DNA of 63,686 bases, filler included, from Hyphochytrium catenoides (taxonomy: Eukaryota > Protista > Hyphochytriomycota), in the NCBI GenBank assembly GCA_900088475.1. It is 4 parts of 4 records of this genome, joined end to end, with 100 filler letters (N's around TTAATTAATTAA, not from the genome) between each part and the next. Parts side by side here need not be neighbours in the genome. Positions count along the whole stretch, not along the records: positions 25,471 to 43,656 come from FLMG01000055.1; 3 more parts are not named here. One strand, written 5' to 3'. A program made the translations under genes and the position numbers. Within the stretch, counting starts at the first letter, position 1; every line of letters starts with the position of its first letter. Positions 25,522 to 38,951 of the stretch are shown here, one piece after another. The notes below the pieces were generated by a model. It searched no databases and was not told the DNA's origin. It saw only the letters and a program-made list of their open reading frames with translations.

Positions 25522-25716
25522 CCGCCTCGTCTAGATATCGCTCACTGCGGATCTCTTCCAGTCACAATCGTCTTCCTTCCCGCTGCAGATATTGCCAAGT
25601 ACGTGGGTCAGGGCAACGTGGACATGGGAATCACAGGGGAAGACATCATCGCAGAAACCAGGGCCGAGACCGGCTGTGAGGTTAATGTGCTGCAGGTGAG
25701 AGGAAGAAGACGGAAG

Positions 25717-25769
<53 letters not shown>

Positions 25770-25923
25770 TGTCATAAGAAGAGGAGGCAGTGAAGGTGAT
25801 AAGGGAGGGGAGATGGTACAGAGAGACGACTAAAGAACAGAGGGAGAACCGAGAGTACAGAGCGATTTCATGCCGCGGCGCTAGGTCTGAGGAGAAGGAG
25901 AGGCATCCCTATACTCTCTCCTC

Positions 25924-25964
<41 letters not shown>

Positions 25965-27225
25965 TTCTATCACTGACCCCTCTCTCTCATAGTCTCTCTG
26001 CCGTTCTTCATTTCTCACTTTCCTTCACGCCCTCTTTCACTCCGCCCATTGCTCTCTAATCCTCTGTTTTCTTTTCCTCCTCCTGCTATCAGAAACTAGG
26101 ATTTGGCAAGTGTCGCCTGGCTGTCCAGGCTCCCGTGGTAAAGAACTATCAGGGCGAGAAAGAACTCGTGGGAAAGAGGATTGTCACCTCTTTTCCTCAT
26201 GTCACCCGGGAACACTTTCAAAAGCTAGAGGGCAAAGTAGGAGAGGAAGAGTGCTCCACAAGTACGCTTCTCTTCAGCCCATCTTTCTCTCCTACATTTG
26301 CCTCTCTCTTTTGGCTCTCACACTTTCTGCGTTCTCTTGAGGCTTCTCCTTTCTGTTCACCGAGTCGTGTCGTCAAAGGAGACTACCGTCTCGTCCTTTA
26401 TCTTCCTCCCTGGCTNNNNNNNNNNNNNNNNNNNNNNNNNNNNNNNNNNNNNNNNNNNNNNNNNNNNNNNNNNNNNNNTTCTGTTGTCAATCCTCCTGTT
26501 CTGACTTGCATTGGCATGTCTCTTGTCTCTCCCTGTCTCTCTGTCTCTCTCTGCAGCGATCGAGTACGTGTCAGGGTCTGTGGAGGTGGCTTGCAAGCTG
26601 GGACTGGCCGATGCTGTTGTTGACTTAGTGGAAACAGGCACCACGATGAAGGTTCTCTCTCTCTCTTTCTCTCTGCTCCCTTCTTCCTCTCCTACCTCTA
26701 TCGTTCCTTTCTCTTGTCTGTATCGTCTATCTCTTATTCATGGGGTTTCCTTCTTGCCTCTCCTTCACCCGCTTGCTTCCGTGGTCATTGTCCCTGAAAA
26801 GAGATGACGAGACCTTCTTCTTTTACTCTCCTAAGGCGGTTTGTTAACACATATTCTCTCTCTCTCTCTCTTCTCTGTCGTACGAAGCAATATTTCTTTA
26901 ATCTTCTGAAAGATCAACCTTCATCTCTTCTTTGTTCCGTTCGCCATCTCTGACGATCTCTGTCTCTCTCCCGTCCTACTCTGTCTCTCCATTTCACAGG
27001 CGGCGGGTCTCGACATCGTCTCCACAGTGATGACCACTCAGGCTGTGCTGATCTCAAATCCTCAGAGCCCCCACCAGGCACTGGTGAAGCGTATTAGCAA
27101 GCGCGTCGAGGGATTCCTGATTGCCACGCGGTACAGACTGATTCAGTATAACATCTCCAGAGATAAGCTGAAGACCGCCCAAGCCGTAAGAAGAGCCTCT
27201 CTGTCTCTCTCTCTCTCTGTCTCTC

Positions 27226-27256
<31 letters not shown>

Positions 27257-27662
27257 GCATCTATCTATCTATCTAGATTTATAGATATGTGTCTCTTTCT
27301 TAACTCTTTTCTTCTGCGTTTACTCCGATGATGCTTAGTCCTCTATCCATCAATGGGGTGCCCTTCAGGTTGGCGATTCTCACGTGCATCCCTCTCTCTC
27401 GCTCTCTTGGTCTCTCTCTCCCTGTATGTGTCTCTCTCTCCCCCCTTCCTTGTCACCGGCTTGCCATTTGTGCCTTGTGCTTTTGCTGTTCAAGATTACA
27501 CCGGGGAAGAAGAGTCCTACTATTAACCCTCTTGAGGACGACCGATACGTGGCGGTCTCTGCGATGGTGAAGAAGGACGAGATCAGCGAGATCATGGACA
27601 AGCTGGAAGAGATAGGCGCCACAGATATCCTCGTCCTCGCCATGGAGAACTGCAGATCGTAA
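25522..27662 (+). CDS. HIS1: ATP phosphoribosyltransferase (long-form HisG/HIS1), 5'-truncated by the contig break
   Basis: 'FLPAADIAKYVGQGNVDMGITGED', 'LGFGKCRLAVQAP', 'KRIVTSFP', 'YVSGSVEVACKLGLADAVVDLVETGTTMKAAGL' and regulatory domain 'ITPGKKSPTI...MDKLEEIGATDILVL'. Confidence 0.96.
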
Positions 27663-28258
27663 GGGATCTCAGGCTGGATAACATCAAGACACTGAGACAG
27701 AGAGCTTTTCTTACATAGTCTGGAAGGAAGAGTTGGAGCTGATTAGAAGGCAAAGGATAAAGAGGGACAGTGTGTTCCGTTAACTCGGAAGAGCCTTTCT
27801 CTCTCTCTTCTTGCTGTCTCTCCTATCAGTATCAAGCTTAAGTAAGAAGGCGCTCAGTTTCTTTTGCTGATGAGAGAAGCGTTTAAATCAGTCATCTCTT
27901 AGGGGAAGAAATAAGAGGGAAGGGCCGACAGTCTCTTTGATTAGCGCTTTCGACATCCGTCTCTACCCTTCTTAACGTTTCCCTGCTCGCTCTTTCTCCT
28001 CTCCTCTATTTTCCTTGAGCTACGCTTATCTTTCTGTTGCTTCTCCCTCTCTCTCTCTCTCTCTCTCTATCTCAGCATATTATGGCCTTTTCCTCAAGCT
28101 ACCCTTATTGTTCTGTTGCTTCTCTACAACTATCTACGGCTGCTTCCCCCGTGCTTCTGTTCGTCCGTCTTTCTCTTTCCTTCCTATCCTAGTCCTTACT
28201 CCGTCTATCGCCCTTCCATGTAACCTGGACGCTAAGCCACGTGGCGGCTCTTCCTTCC

Positions 28259-29818
28259 TTACTCTGGGATGACCTCTGTGGGCTTCTCTGTGATCGCGAT
28301 GGTCGGTATCTTCTCAGCCACCAGGTCATAGGTGTCATAAGCCTTAGATGGATAGGCCTTACTGCTCCTCAGCTCTTCAGCAGAGGCGAAGTAGATCTCC
28401 GTACGAGGCACAGTGAACGGTATCCAGCGATCTCTCAGCAGGAGCTTCCTCTCCAGCGTGGGATTCAAAGGCAAGAAGCGCCCAACAATCGCTAAGAGCT
28501 CGTCATAGACATCCAAGCTCGGCCAGACAGCGCCAACGGGGACAGGCTGGTGCGCGGCCAGCGTGGCATCTAACGCTCGGACGCTGCCGAGGATCCAGCC
28601 CAGCGTATAATCTGCGTACAAACTGTTGGGGACCACATCAGGTCGACCTCGGACCGTGGCAGACTTATAATGCACCGTTGTCTCCAAGAAGTCGAGCAGG
28701 AGGAGAGAAAGAGAGCTCATTAAGTCCGCTAACACTGCGCCAATCGCCCGGGGAAGCGAGCAGAACAGAGTGGAAATCTTTCCTTTGCGCAAGAGCATCA
28801 GCACCTCCTGGCCTAACCTGAAGAGAGCGCGGAAAGGCATGAGGATGATGGCCCAAAGTAGAGACAGCACCGTCACGCCTCTGTCTCTGGCGAGGTAGAA
28901 AGACTGCCTGAGCAAGTCATAGTGAGCTCCAGGGATCCACATCTCACTCGTCTCAAAGTCTACATCTTTATAGTTCTCTCTCTTCTCCTTTCGCCTCACA
29001 AAGCACGGCTCAAAGCCAAAGAGACGGTCATGGATGGCCAGCGCCTGGTACACGCTCTGCACCTCGCTGGAGACGATCTGGTCGTAGAACTCTGCGTACT
29101 CTAGCGCTTGCCCGGCAGCGAAGCGCGGTATCCCTAAGGATCCCACCGTGTCAATGAGCCCCAGGTACCGAATAGGAGGCGTCTCTCCTCTGGGATGGCT
29201 GAACCGCTCGCGGAAGAGCTCTGCCCTTCCTCGTGGAACATTAGGCGCATCCATGGGATCTCGACTTCGATAGAGACGATAAGCTTCATCTTCTAAAGCT
29301 CTTCTCTTCTCTGGTGACCACTCTTCAGACGCCAGCGATGGACCTCTGCGGAGGATCCCGCAGTTGTTGATCATTCCTGCCACGGCGCGGACAGTGTAGG
29401 CGCCTCGGCTGCCGCCAAACATCCAGATCTCGTCTCCAGCGCCGTCATAATGACTGACAATGAACGAGTAAACTTCCTTGCACCGCTCGTCAATGTCAAA
29501 GCCCGTTATGCCGTTGAAGGCACGGTCGATCAAGCTCATCTCTCTCTCTGCTTTCTCTTCTCCTCCGCCTCCTGCGACGCCGGCAAAGTAGTGAACAAGC
29601 AGGAGACTTGTCTCTTTCTTTCCTTCTCCCTCGCTTCCTCCTTCTTCTTTCTCTCTCGCCCAGAAGCCGTTGTTCTTTCCGTCTGGCAAGACGCCGGTGA
29701 TCGCGTAGGTGAGCCATTGGATGTTGCTGTCAGAGGCGTTGGAAGAGCCCGCCCACGTCCCATCGCAGAGAACAACGATCTTCTTTTGAGTCATTCCTCT
29801 CACTCCTTTATCGACCAT
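28259..29818 (-). CDS. Intronless DUF2235 / T6SS Tle1-like alpha/beta-hydrolase (putative phospholipase), 519 aa
   Basis: 'KKIVVLCDGTW', 'YFAGV', nucleophile elbow 'FGGSRGAYTVRAVAGMI', 'YLGLIDTVGSLG', 'QALAIHDR' and 'WIPGAHYDL'. The putative Ser/Asp/His triad motifs are all present. Confidence 0.9.
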   Translation of the reverse strand: MVDKGVRGMTQKKIVVLCDGTWAGSSNASDSNIQWLTYAITGVLPDGKNNGFWAREKEEGGSEGEGKKETSLLLVHYFAGVAGGGGEEKAEREMSLIDRAFNGITGFDIDERCKEVYSFIVSHYDGAGDEIWMFGGSRGAYTVRAVAGMINNCGILRRGPSLASEEWSPEKRRALEDEAYRLYRSRDPMDAPNVPRGRAELFRERFSHPRGETPPIRYLGLIDTVGSLGIPRFAAGQALEYAEFYDQIVSSEVQSVYQALAIHDRLFGFEPCFVRRKEKRENYKDVDFETSEMWIPGAHYDLLRQSFYLARDRGVTVLSLLWAIILMPFRALFRLGQEVLMLLRKGKISTLFCSLPRAIGAVLADLMSSLSLLLLDFLETTVHYKSATVRGRPDVVPNSLYADYTLGWILGSVRALDATLAAHQPVPVGAVWPSLDVYDELLAIVGRFLPLNPTLERKLLLRDRWIPFTVPRTEIYFASAEELRSSKAYPSKAYDTYDLVAEKIPTIAITEKPTEVIPE

Positions 29819-29957
29819 GTCCTCTCTCCTCTCTCTCTCTCGTTCTCTCTCTCCTTCCCGCTGTGTAGGTGGTCTTCCTGGTCGCGCTCTCCTCCTCTGA
29901 GCGCGTTGAGCGCGGGCTGGAGAATTGAGGACTGGCTTTAGTGCTTAGACTTGTGAG

Positions 29958-30020
<63 letters not shown>

Positions 30021-30174
30021 GAGAGACAGAGAGGGAGGCAATTCGTATGTTGACGGTGTGACATTGAAGACCAGAATAAGAGAGAGAAGAGAAGGGCACT
30101 GTCAAGTCTTACAGCAGGACCATCATTCCAAAGAATGATTACGACAACGGGCAGCCTGTTGGCCTTGTTTCCAA

Positions 30175-30227
<53 letters not shown>

Positions 30228-30549
30228 TTCTTTTGCTCCCTCTCTCTCCCCATGACTCTCACTCTTTCGTTCATCGGTGTTGCTCACTCCAGAACGCTCC
30301 TGTTTGGGCATCTTCTCTCCTCATTCCTCCTCTTTCTCTCTCTCTCTCTCCACAATGACGATCATCGTCTACGAAGGGGAGAAATGTCTGCGGGATGAAG
30401 AGAGAGAAGACTTGGAAGTGGAGAAGAGAGGAAGAGAACGACAATGATGGATGCTGAGAGGAAGGAGAGACGAGGAGGAGAGGAATGGCAAGAAGACTGG
30501 ACGGCGCCATGGACGGCGGCTTGTGATGAGGAGGAATAGGAGTGACACA

Positions 30550-31133
30550 TGAGGAGAGAGAGAGAGAAGGTAGAAAGAGAGAAAGGGGAGAAAAAAGAGG
30601 GGAGAGAGAGAGAGAGAAGGTAGAAAGAGAGAGAAAGGAAGATGGAGAGAGAGAGGGAGAGAGAGAAAGGGGAGAAAAAAGAGGGAGAGAGAGAGAGAGG
30701 GAAGAGGGAAGAGAAAGAGAGAGAAAGGAAGATGGAGAGAGAGAGAGAGAGAGAGAAAGGGGAGAAAGAAAGAGAAAGGAAGATGGAGAGAGAGAGGGAA
30801 AGGAAGATGGAGAGAGAGAGGGGAGAGAGAGAGAGAAACAGAGAGAGAGAGAGTGAGAGAGAAAGAGAGAGAGAGAGAGAGTGAGAGCAAGAGAAAGAGG
30901 AAGATGGAGAGAGAGAGGGAAAGGAAGATGGAGAGAGAGAGAGAAACAGAGAGAGAGAGAGTGAGAGAGAAAGAGAGTGAGAGAGAGAGAGTGAGAGCAA
31001 GAGAAAGAGGAAGATGGAGAGAGAGAGGGGAGAGAGAGAGAGAAACAGAGAGAGAGAGAGTGAGAGAGAAAGAGAGTGAGAGAGAGAGTGAGAGCAAGAG
31101 AAAGAGAGACAGAGAGAGAAAGAGAGAGAGAAT

Positions 31134-31170
<37 letters not shown>

Positions 31171-31175
31171 GGGGA
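30550..31175. repeat. Compound (GA)-rich polypurine tract with higher-order units
   Basis: About 620 bp almost entirely A/G on the + strand. Recurring units GAGAGAAAGGAAGATGGAGAGAG and GAGAAACAGAGAGAGAGAGTGAGAGAGAAAG. Confidence 0.95.
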
Positions 31176-31683
31176 CAGAGGTGAAGAGGTAATCCGCAGC
31201 TTTTTACGTCTCTTTCGTAAGAGGACCTTTCGCGCTGGGCCGCACGAAGACCACAAGGTACCGCGGCCGCTATAATACAGGCTCAAAATGGCAATCCATG
31301 CTGGTCCGACAAAACAGACTACTGTATCATGTCCCGTTGAGTTGATCTTGCAATTGATGCTACCACTAAGCGAAGATATCAGGGATACTGGGGGATTGGA
31401 TTGCCTCATATTATTGGCAAGCGTTACCTATGAGCACTGCCAAGCATTAACCGCTGGCCTAATAACTCCTTTTTGACAGCCTACAAAAGCACATGTAACA
31501 ACTAACCCGATAAGAATTACGAACATCTCCGACGGCCATTGGCTGTATAACAATAGCTCTATGGTAACCATAATAAATCTATGAGAAAAAGAAGGACGAA
31601 CGCTGCAGCTGATCAAGGCGGAACCTCCACTGCCTTTTTGTACAGCGGGAGGATAAAAAGCCAAAGGGAGCGAGAGGAGGACG

Positions 31684-31749
<66 letters not shown>

Positions 31750-32332
31750 GAGAGAGAGAAAGATTGCGTCAAGGAGTTCTCCAATCTTTGTCTCTCTATC
31801 ATCTCAATCTCACCAGTTTTCTCCTTCACCACATGTCAATTACCAGCATACGAACAGCATACAGTTAGAAGAAAGCGAGGCGTGGACTGGTGCTCTCTCT
31901 CTCTCTCCCCGTTCTTCCTCTTCTTACCCCAGTTTGCGAGACGCTTTCTCCCTAGCAGAAGAGGTGACCACGGGCAGGGTTGGGAGAACACGCTGCAGGA
32001 GAGAAGGACGCAACTCAAAGAGAGAGAACCTTCTCTATGCGTAGGAGAGACGCCACGAGAGAGAGAGAGAACAACGAAGTGATGAAGAATCCCTTAGATG
32101 GAGAGGAAAGAACAGTCGGAGGGCTCTCTTTCATCTTCTCGGTTAGCCTGTCTTCTCTGTATAATAATACCTTTCCCTGCCACGGGTCCGTCATCCTGAG
32201 CTGAGTCTCATACTCGCTAAAATGTCTTCAAGGTCTTCAGATTTATAATCGCTCCGTAGCGCGCACTAGTGCCTCTGAAGGGAGAGAGAGAGAGAACAGA
32301 CAGAGAGAGAGAGAGAACACAAAGAGAAGAGA

Positions 32333-33506
32333 ATGGCGAGAACTGGGGCAGCGCGGCAGACCCGCGGCCGACGGAAGCGGCAGGAGACAGAGGAGGAAGA
32401 GCCGAACCAGGTCTCCGAAGAGCAGCAGGAGCAGGAGCACCAGCAGGAGGAAGAAGAGACAGGAAAGAAGTCTGGTGGGAGAGGGAGAAAGAGACAAAAG
32501 ACAGCAGAGACAGAGAAGAAGACGTCCTCAGCTCCTCCAGCAAAGAGAGGAAGAGGGCGCCCGCGTAAGACAACACCAAAAGCAGAGGAGGAAGGAGAAG
32601 GAGAAGCAGGAAAGAAGAGCTCCACCGCGGGGAGAGGGAAGAAAAAGTCTGCCGGAAAGCAGAAAGCTCCAGCCAGCACGGCAGGCAGCGGAAAGGGAAG
32701 AGGGAGAAAGAAGAAAGGAGAAGAAGAGCAGGCAGAGAAAAAGGAAAAGTCCTCGGGAGAAGCGGAGGAGCAACAGGAAGAGCAAGGCGAAGAGAAACAA
32801 GGGAAGACGGAGACGGCAAAGAAAGGGCCACAGGCGGCCAAGGGAAAGGAGGAAGGCAAGGACGAGGAGTACAAGCCCAGTGAGAACCTAAAGACTGTGG
32901 ATCTGAAGAATCCTGAGAACGCTCCATTGTATGACGCTGTGAGAGAGCTTCAGGGCATGGAGTTCAAGAATAACAGACGGTTCCAGGGTGTCACCTACTC
33001 GCATGTAAGCTCTTTCTTTCTCTCTCTCTCTCTCTCTGCGATACCTCCTCTCTCTCGCTTCTGTGTCCTAATCTCTCAGTTAATGTTTATTATTCTCCCA
33101 GAGATCTCATTTTTCTCTTCGCCTCCTCTCTCATTCCCTCCGAAATGCGCTGCGATGCAATTATTGCACGGAGAAAGAAAGCTCTGATCAGTTGCTACTC
33201 TTTCTCTTCTCCCACTGCACAAAGCAAGCCCTTTCGCTTGGTGCAACGAGGTTTACCACCTTCTTCTCACCTTAGTCTCTCCCTCTCTCTCTCTCTTTCG
33301 TCTGTGTAACCTCGCATTCAATCCCTTTCAATGGTCCCCAGCTGGCGAAGGAGATTAGAGAGAAAGAGAAGCCGATCGAGTCGGCGCAGGACATTGGCGG
33401 CCGTGGCATTGGGAAAGCCTCAAAGGAGCACATCCAGGAATTCCTGGACACCGGCCACATTGACAAGATTAATGAGCTCAAACAGCAGAAAGCGTCCTCG
33501 CCTTGA
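32333..33506 (+). CDS. DNA-binding protein: K/E-rich region with AT-hook plus C-terminal helix-hairpin-helix (PolX 8-kDa-like) domain; exons 32333-33004 and 33342-33506
   Basis: AT-hook 'KRGRGRPRK'. Spliced C-terminus: 'NPENAPLYDAVRELQGMEFKNNRRFQGVTYSH|LAKEIREKEKPIESAQDIGGRGIGKASKEHIQEFLDTGHIDKINEL'. This aligns by eye with Pol beta '[23 protein letters not shown]'. Confidence 0.8.
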
Positions 33507-33909
33507 GGTCGCTCGACGCGAATGATAATAGGCTCCCTGCTCCCACATGAGCGAGAAAGAGCGGCGACTTGAACTGATAGTCCCTATGCGTGTATGATGG
33601 CTGTATAAACATAGTGCATAATCTGTATCCAAGCCATCTTAGATTCTTTCCAACCTCTCACCGCTCTGAAGTGGTTCGGCGGCAGTACGATCTGGTCTGG
33701 TCTTTAGCTAGACAGAGTAGAGCTTTTGGGGAGCGTTACAGGTTTATAAAGGCTGAGGGTAGAAAGAAGGAGAAGCTAATAAGCTCCCGCTTCTTCAACA
33801 ACAGAAAAGGCAAAGAGCTACCGACGCCGAGGTTGGGCCAAAGATCGCGTGACGGACTTTGTTTTGAGAGGCAAAATATAGGGTCATTTTCTTCATCTCT
33901 CCCTTATTA

Positions 33910-36044
<2,135 letters not shown>

Positions 36045-37226
36045 TCAGAAGCACCACCTGGCCCTAGAGGTCTTCATCTAAACGCTTACCTCTTGCTTGC
36101 CTGACTGCATCCTTTGAGCTTGGACTCTCCTCTTTGGGTTTTATGGCTCCAGAGCCACTATAGTATGATGTGTGCCTTGCTATTAGTAAGTTGTCCCTAG
36201 GAATCCTCAATCATGCTCTTGACAAAGAACCTTCCCCTAGAGGACTAAGAAGAACCTACATCTTCGGAGCGATCTGGCTCCCAAGCCCATCTGATCTGTC
36301 ATCCCTCACATCGAGCCTTCCGCCACCAAGCATGAGCCCAGGCAGTAGACAGAGTGCCGAGCCAGGAAGCAGGAGCGCTTAGGCTGTGCACGTCAATAGC
36401 GGCAATGGATCAATGAGTACTTCGTAGTATGAAGTGCAGCACTCTCTAGGATCGAGCGGATGATGATGTGAAGCCGAGGCGAAGAGTTTTATTGAAAGCT
36501 GCGGATGACGCTTCTGAAGCTTGAGGAGGTAGGGCTCCCGCGTTGTAGTTGTACAGAAGCTGTCTGTGCCACAGTGGGCTAACAATATCTAAAGGAGCAG
36601 GTGTAGCTTGTCTCCAGGGGAAGGTCTGAAATGGGAAATAATAGCGAGGGATTCAATGTTTCGCTTGGCGATCTTGGAGATCCCACACCTCCTCTCTCCG
36701 GCTGTGTCTTTCTCTCTCTTTGTTCACATCTCATTCTCCCTCTTTCTCATTTTCCTTGTACTTGTGTCTCATAAGATATCAGGTTTCTACGTGTTCCTCT
36801 CATGATCTCTTCTGCCCTCTGTCTCCTCTCTTTCCGTGCGACAGTTCCGTTGTATCAATCCATTGAGAAGCCACCCAGAGACAGAGCTTTGGGAGCTTTT
36901 GGAGGCCGTTTGGACGCAGCCTTTGCCCCGCGTCCCACTCTCCTACCCTCCCACTCGAGGCCATCGCCCCTTCGAGCTACCTTCTGCACTTCTACGCTTG
37001 TCCAGGCCACTCTCATTCTCCTTTGGTATAGCTCACCGCCACAGCAAGGGCCAGCGGATTCAACTATCGCTGCAAGATCAAGCGTCGTTTAGCATCGCCT
37101 CACCAACCACAGTCCATCTCTTCTCCCACCATTCTTCTTCTTTAGCTGCCATCTCCTGAAAAACTATTGAAGCATCCAGTATCCTGAAAAAATCATACAA
37201 GGGCAAAACTCCACACAGCAGGAACG

Positions 37227-38951
37227 ATGAACAAGAAGCAGACCAATGCCATTCTCTCATGTCTCACATACAGCTTCTGCTCCGTTTCCATGGTCCTGGC
37301 CAACAAAGTAAGTAGCAAGTGGAAGTTGAACAGCGATAGCCTTGCTGTTAACCTGACTCTCTCTTCCTTTTTGCCCCCTCCTGCCTCTTCCTCAAGGTCG
37401 TTGTAGGAAGGGACTTCTACGGCTTTGGTCACCCTACGCTAACTATTGTCATTCAAAACATCATCGGCGTGATGATCTTGGAAGCTGCCAAGTCTTCAGG
37501 TTATGTTACCTATGAAAAGTTTGACACCGAGATTGCGAAGAAGTGGCTCCCTGTCAATCTCTTCTTCATTGCGATGCTGGAGACCAGTGCACTTAGGTCA
37601 GCTATCTTTTAACATCCTCCTTTTCCTCATATCTCCGTTTCCGCTCGTTTGCTCCTGTCTCCTCTCTCTCTCTTCCCCCCTCTCTCTCTCTGTGTACTTT
37701 TTCACTCTCCCAGAAACACGCAAGTAGTCTCTCTCATTCTCTTTCCTCGTCGTGTCCTCACCGTGTCTCGTTGCGTTCTCTCCTCTCCTTCCTCTGTCCT
37801 ATTTAATCTCTCTATAGCATTGCTGTTTAGTCTGTCCAGCATACCACAGCGCACTTCCAATGTTTGGCAGCTAATCCATAATGTTCCGTTCGATGTCCTT
37901 CGTCTAGCATGATTTACCTGCCGATTCACATGGTGACTGTCTTCAAGAACGTCACGAACATTGGCATCTCCTGGGGCGACTGGTACTATTTCAACCAGCG
38001 AGTCTCTCTTGGAGTCATTGCCAGTCTTGTCCTAATGCTCTTCGGCGCTGTGATGGGAGCTGTATCCGATCTCACCTTCACTTTCGTGGGTTACTTCTGG
38101 ATGACTTGCAACTGTCTTGCTACGGCGGCGTACATTCTCTTCATGAGACATGTCACCTCCGGCAACACGTTGAAGCTATCTCGCTTTGGAATGGTCTATT
38201 ATAATAACCTTATCTCCATCCCTCTTTGCCTCACTCTCGCAGGTACGCGTGTGCTCCTTATTTCGTCTATTTCTGTTGCTTCTAAGCTAGCTCTGACTAA
38301 GTGCTCCTGCACTTATTCCGTCTTTGGTTGCATTTGATTGATGCGCACAGACCTCTGGTGGACGTACCGACTGGCCGTGATGACATATCAACGTCTTGTG
38401 CGTCCTCTATATAACTCTCTTTTGTTGTCACCTCTCACCATGCGTGTTCCTTGAGATTCTCCTTATATCAAGTGTCCTGCATCCCTAAGATGTCCTACTC
38501 TCCCTCCGTAGCGGTGCTGGGCGAGCTGGGAACTGTTTGGAGCTACGAGTTCCTTTGGGACGTGCGTTTCTGGACGGCTCTCATCTTCAGCGGGGTCGTC
38601 GGCATCGCGCTAAATTTGGCCTCATACTGGTGCGTTGGCGCAACTTCAGCCACCACCTACGCAACAGTTGGAGCTGTGAACAAGATCCCTGGTATCCTGA
38701 TTGGCTATTTCTTCATGGGCCAGGAGATGGATGCACAGACGGGTCTATACGTCAGCTTTGGCATGATGGGAGGCTTTCTTTACTCTTATGTCAAGTTTAA
38801 GGAGGCAGAAGCAGACAAGAAGATGAAAGGACTACCTGGGGCAGGTGCTGGGAGAGGCAAGTCAGACCTCCCTCGCGACGTGCGTCAGCTAGCATCATTG
38901 AAGGAACCAGAAGTGGTGAAAGGCTTGATCGGGACCAAACAGATGTCATAA
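37227..38951 (+). CDS. Golgi GDP-sugar transporter (VRG4/GONST family; GDP-mannose or GDP-fucose), multi-exon
   Basis: 'YSFCSVSMVLANK', 'KKWLPVNLFF', 'TVFKNVTNI', 'MVYYNNLIS' and 'TSATTYATVGAVNKIP' (GALNK-type GDP-sugar motif). About 10 hydrophobic segments. Confidence 0.92.

Noticed and set aside
31257-31276. GGTACCGCGGCCGCTATAAT (KpnI/SacII/NotI sites plus a -10-like box) as vector contamination
   Set aside because: Only about 20 bp, with no further polylinker or vector sequence recognised. Probably chance; a UniVec screen would settle it.
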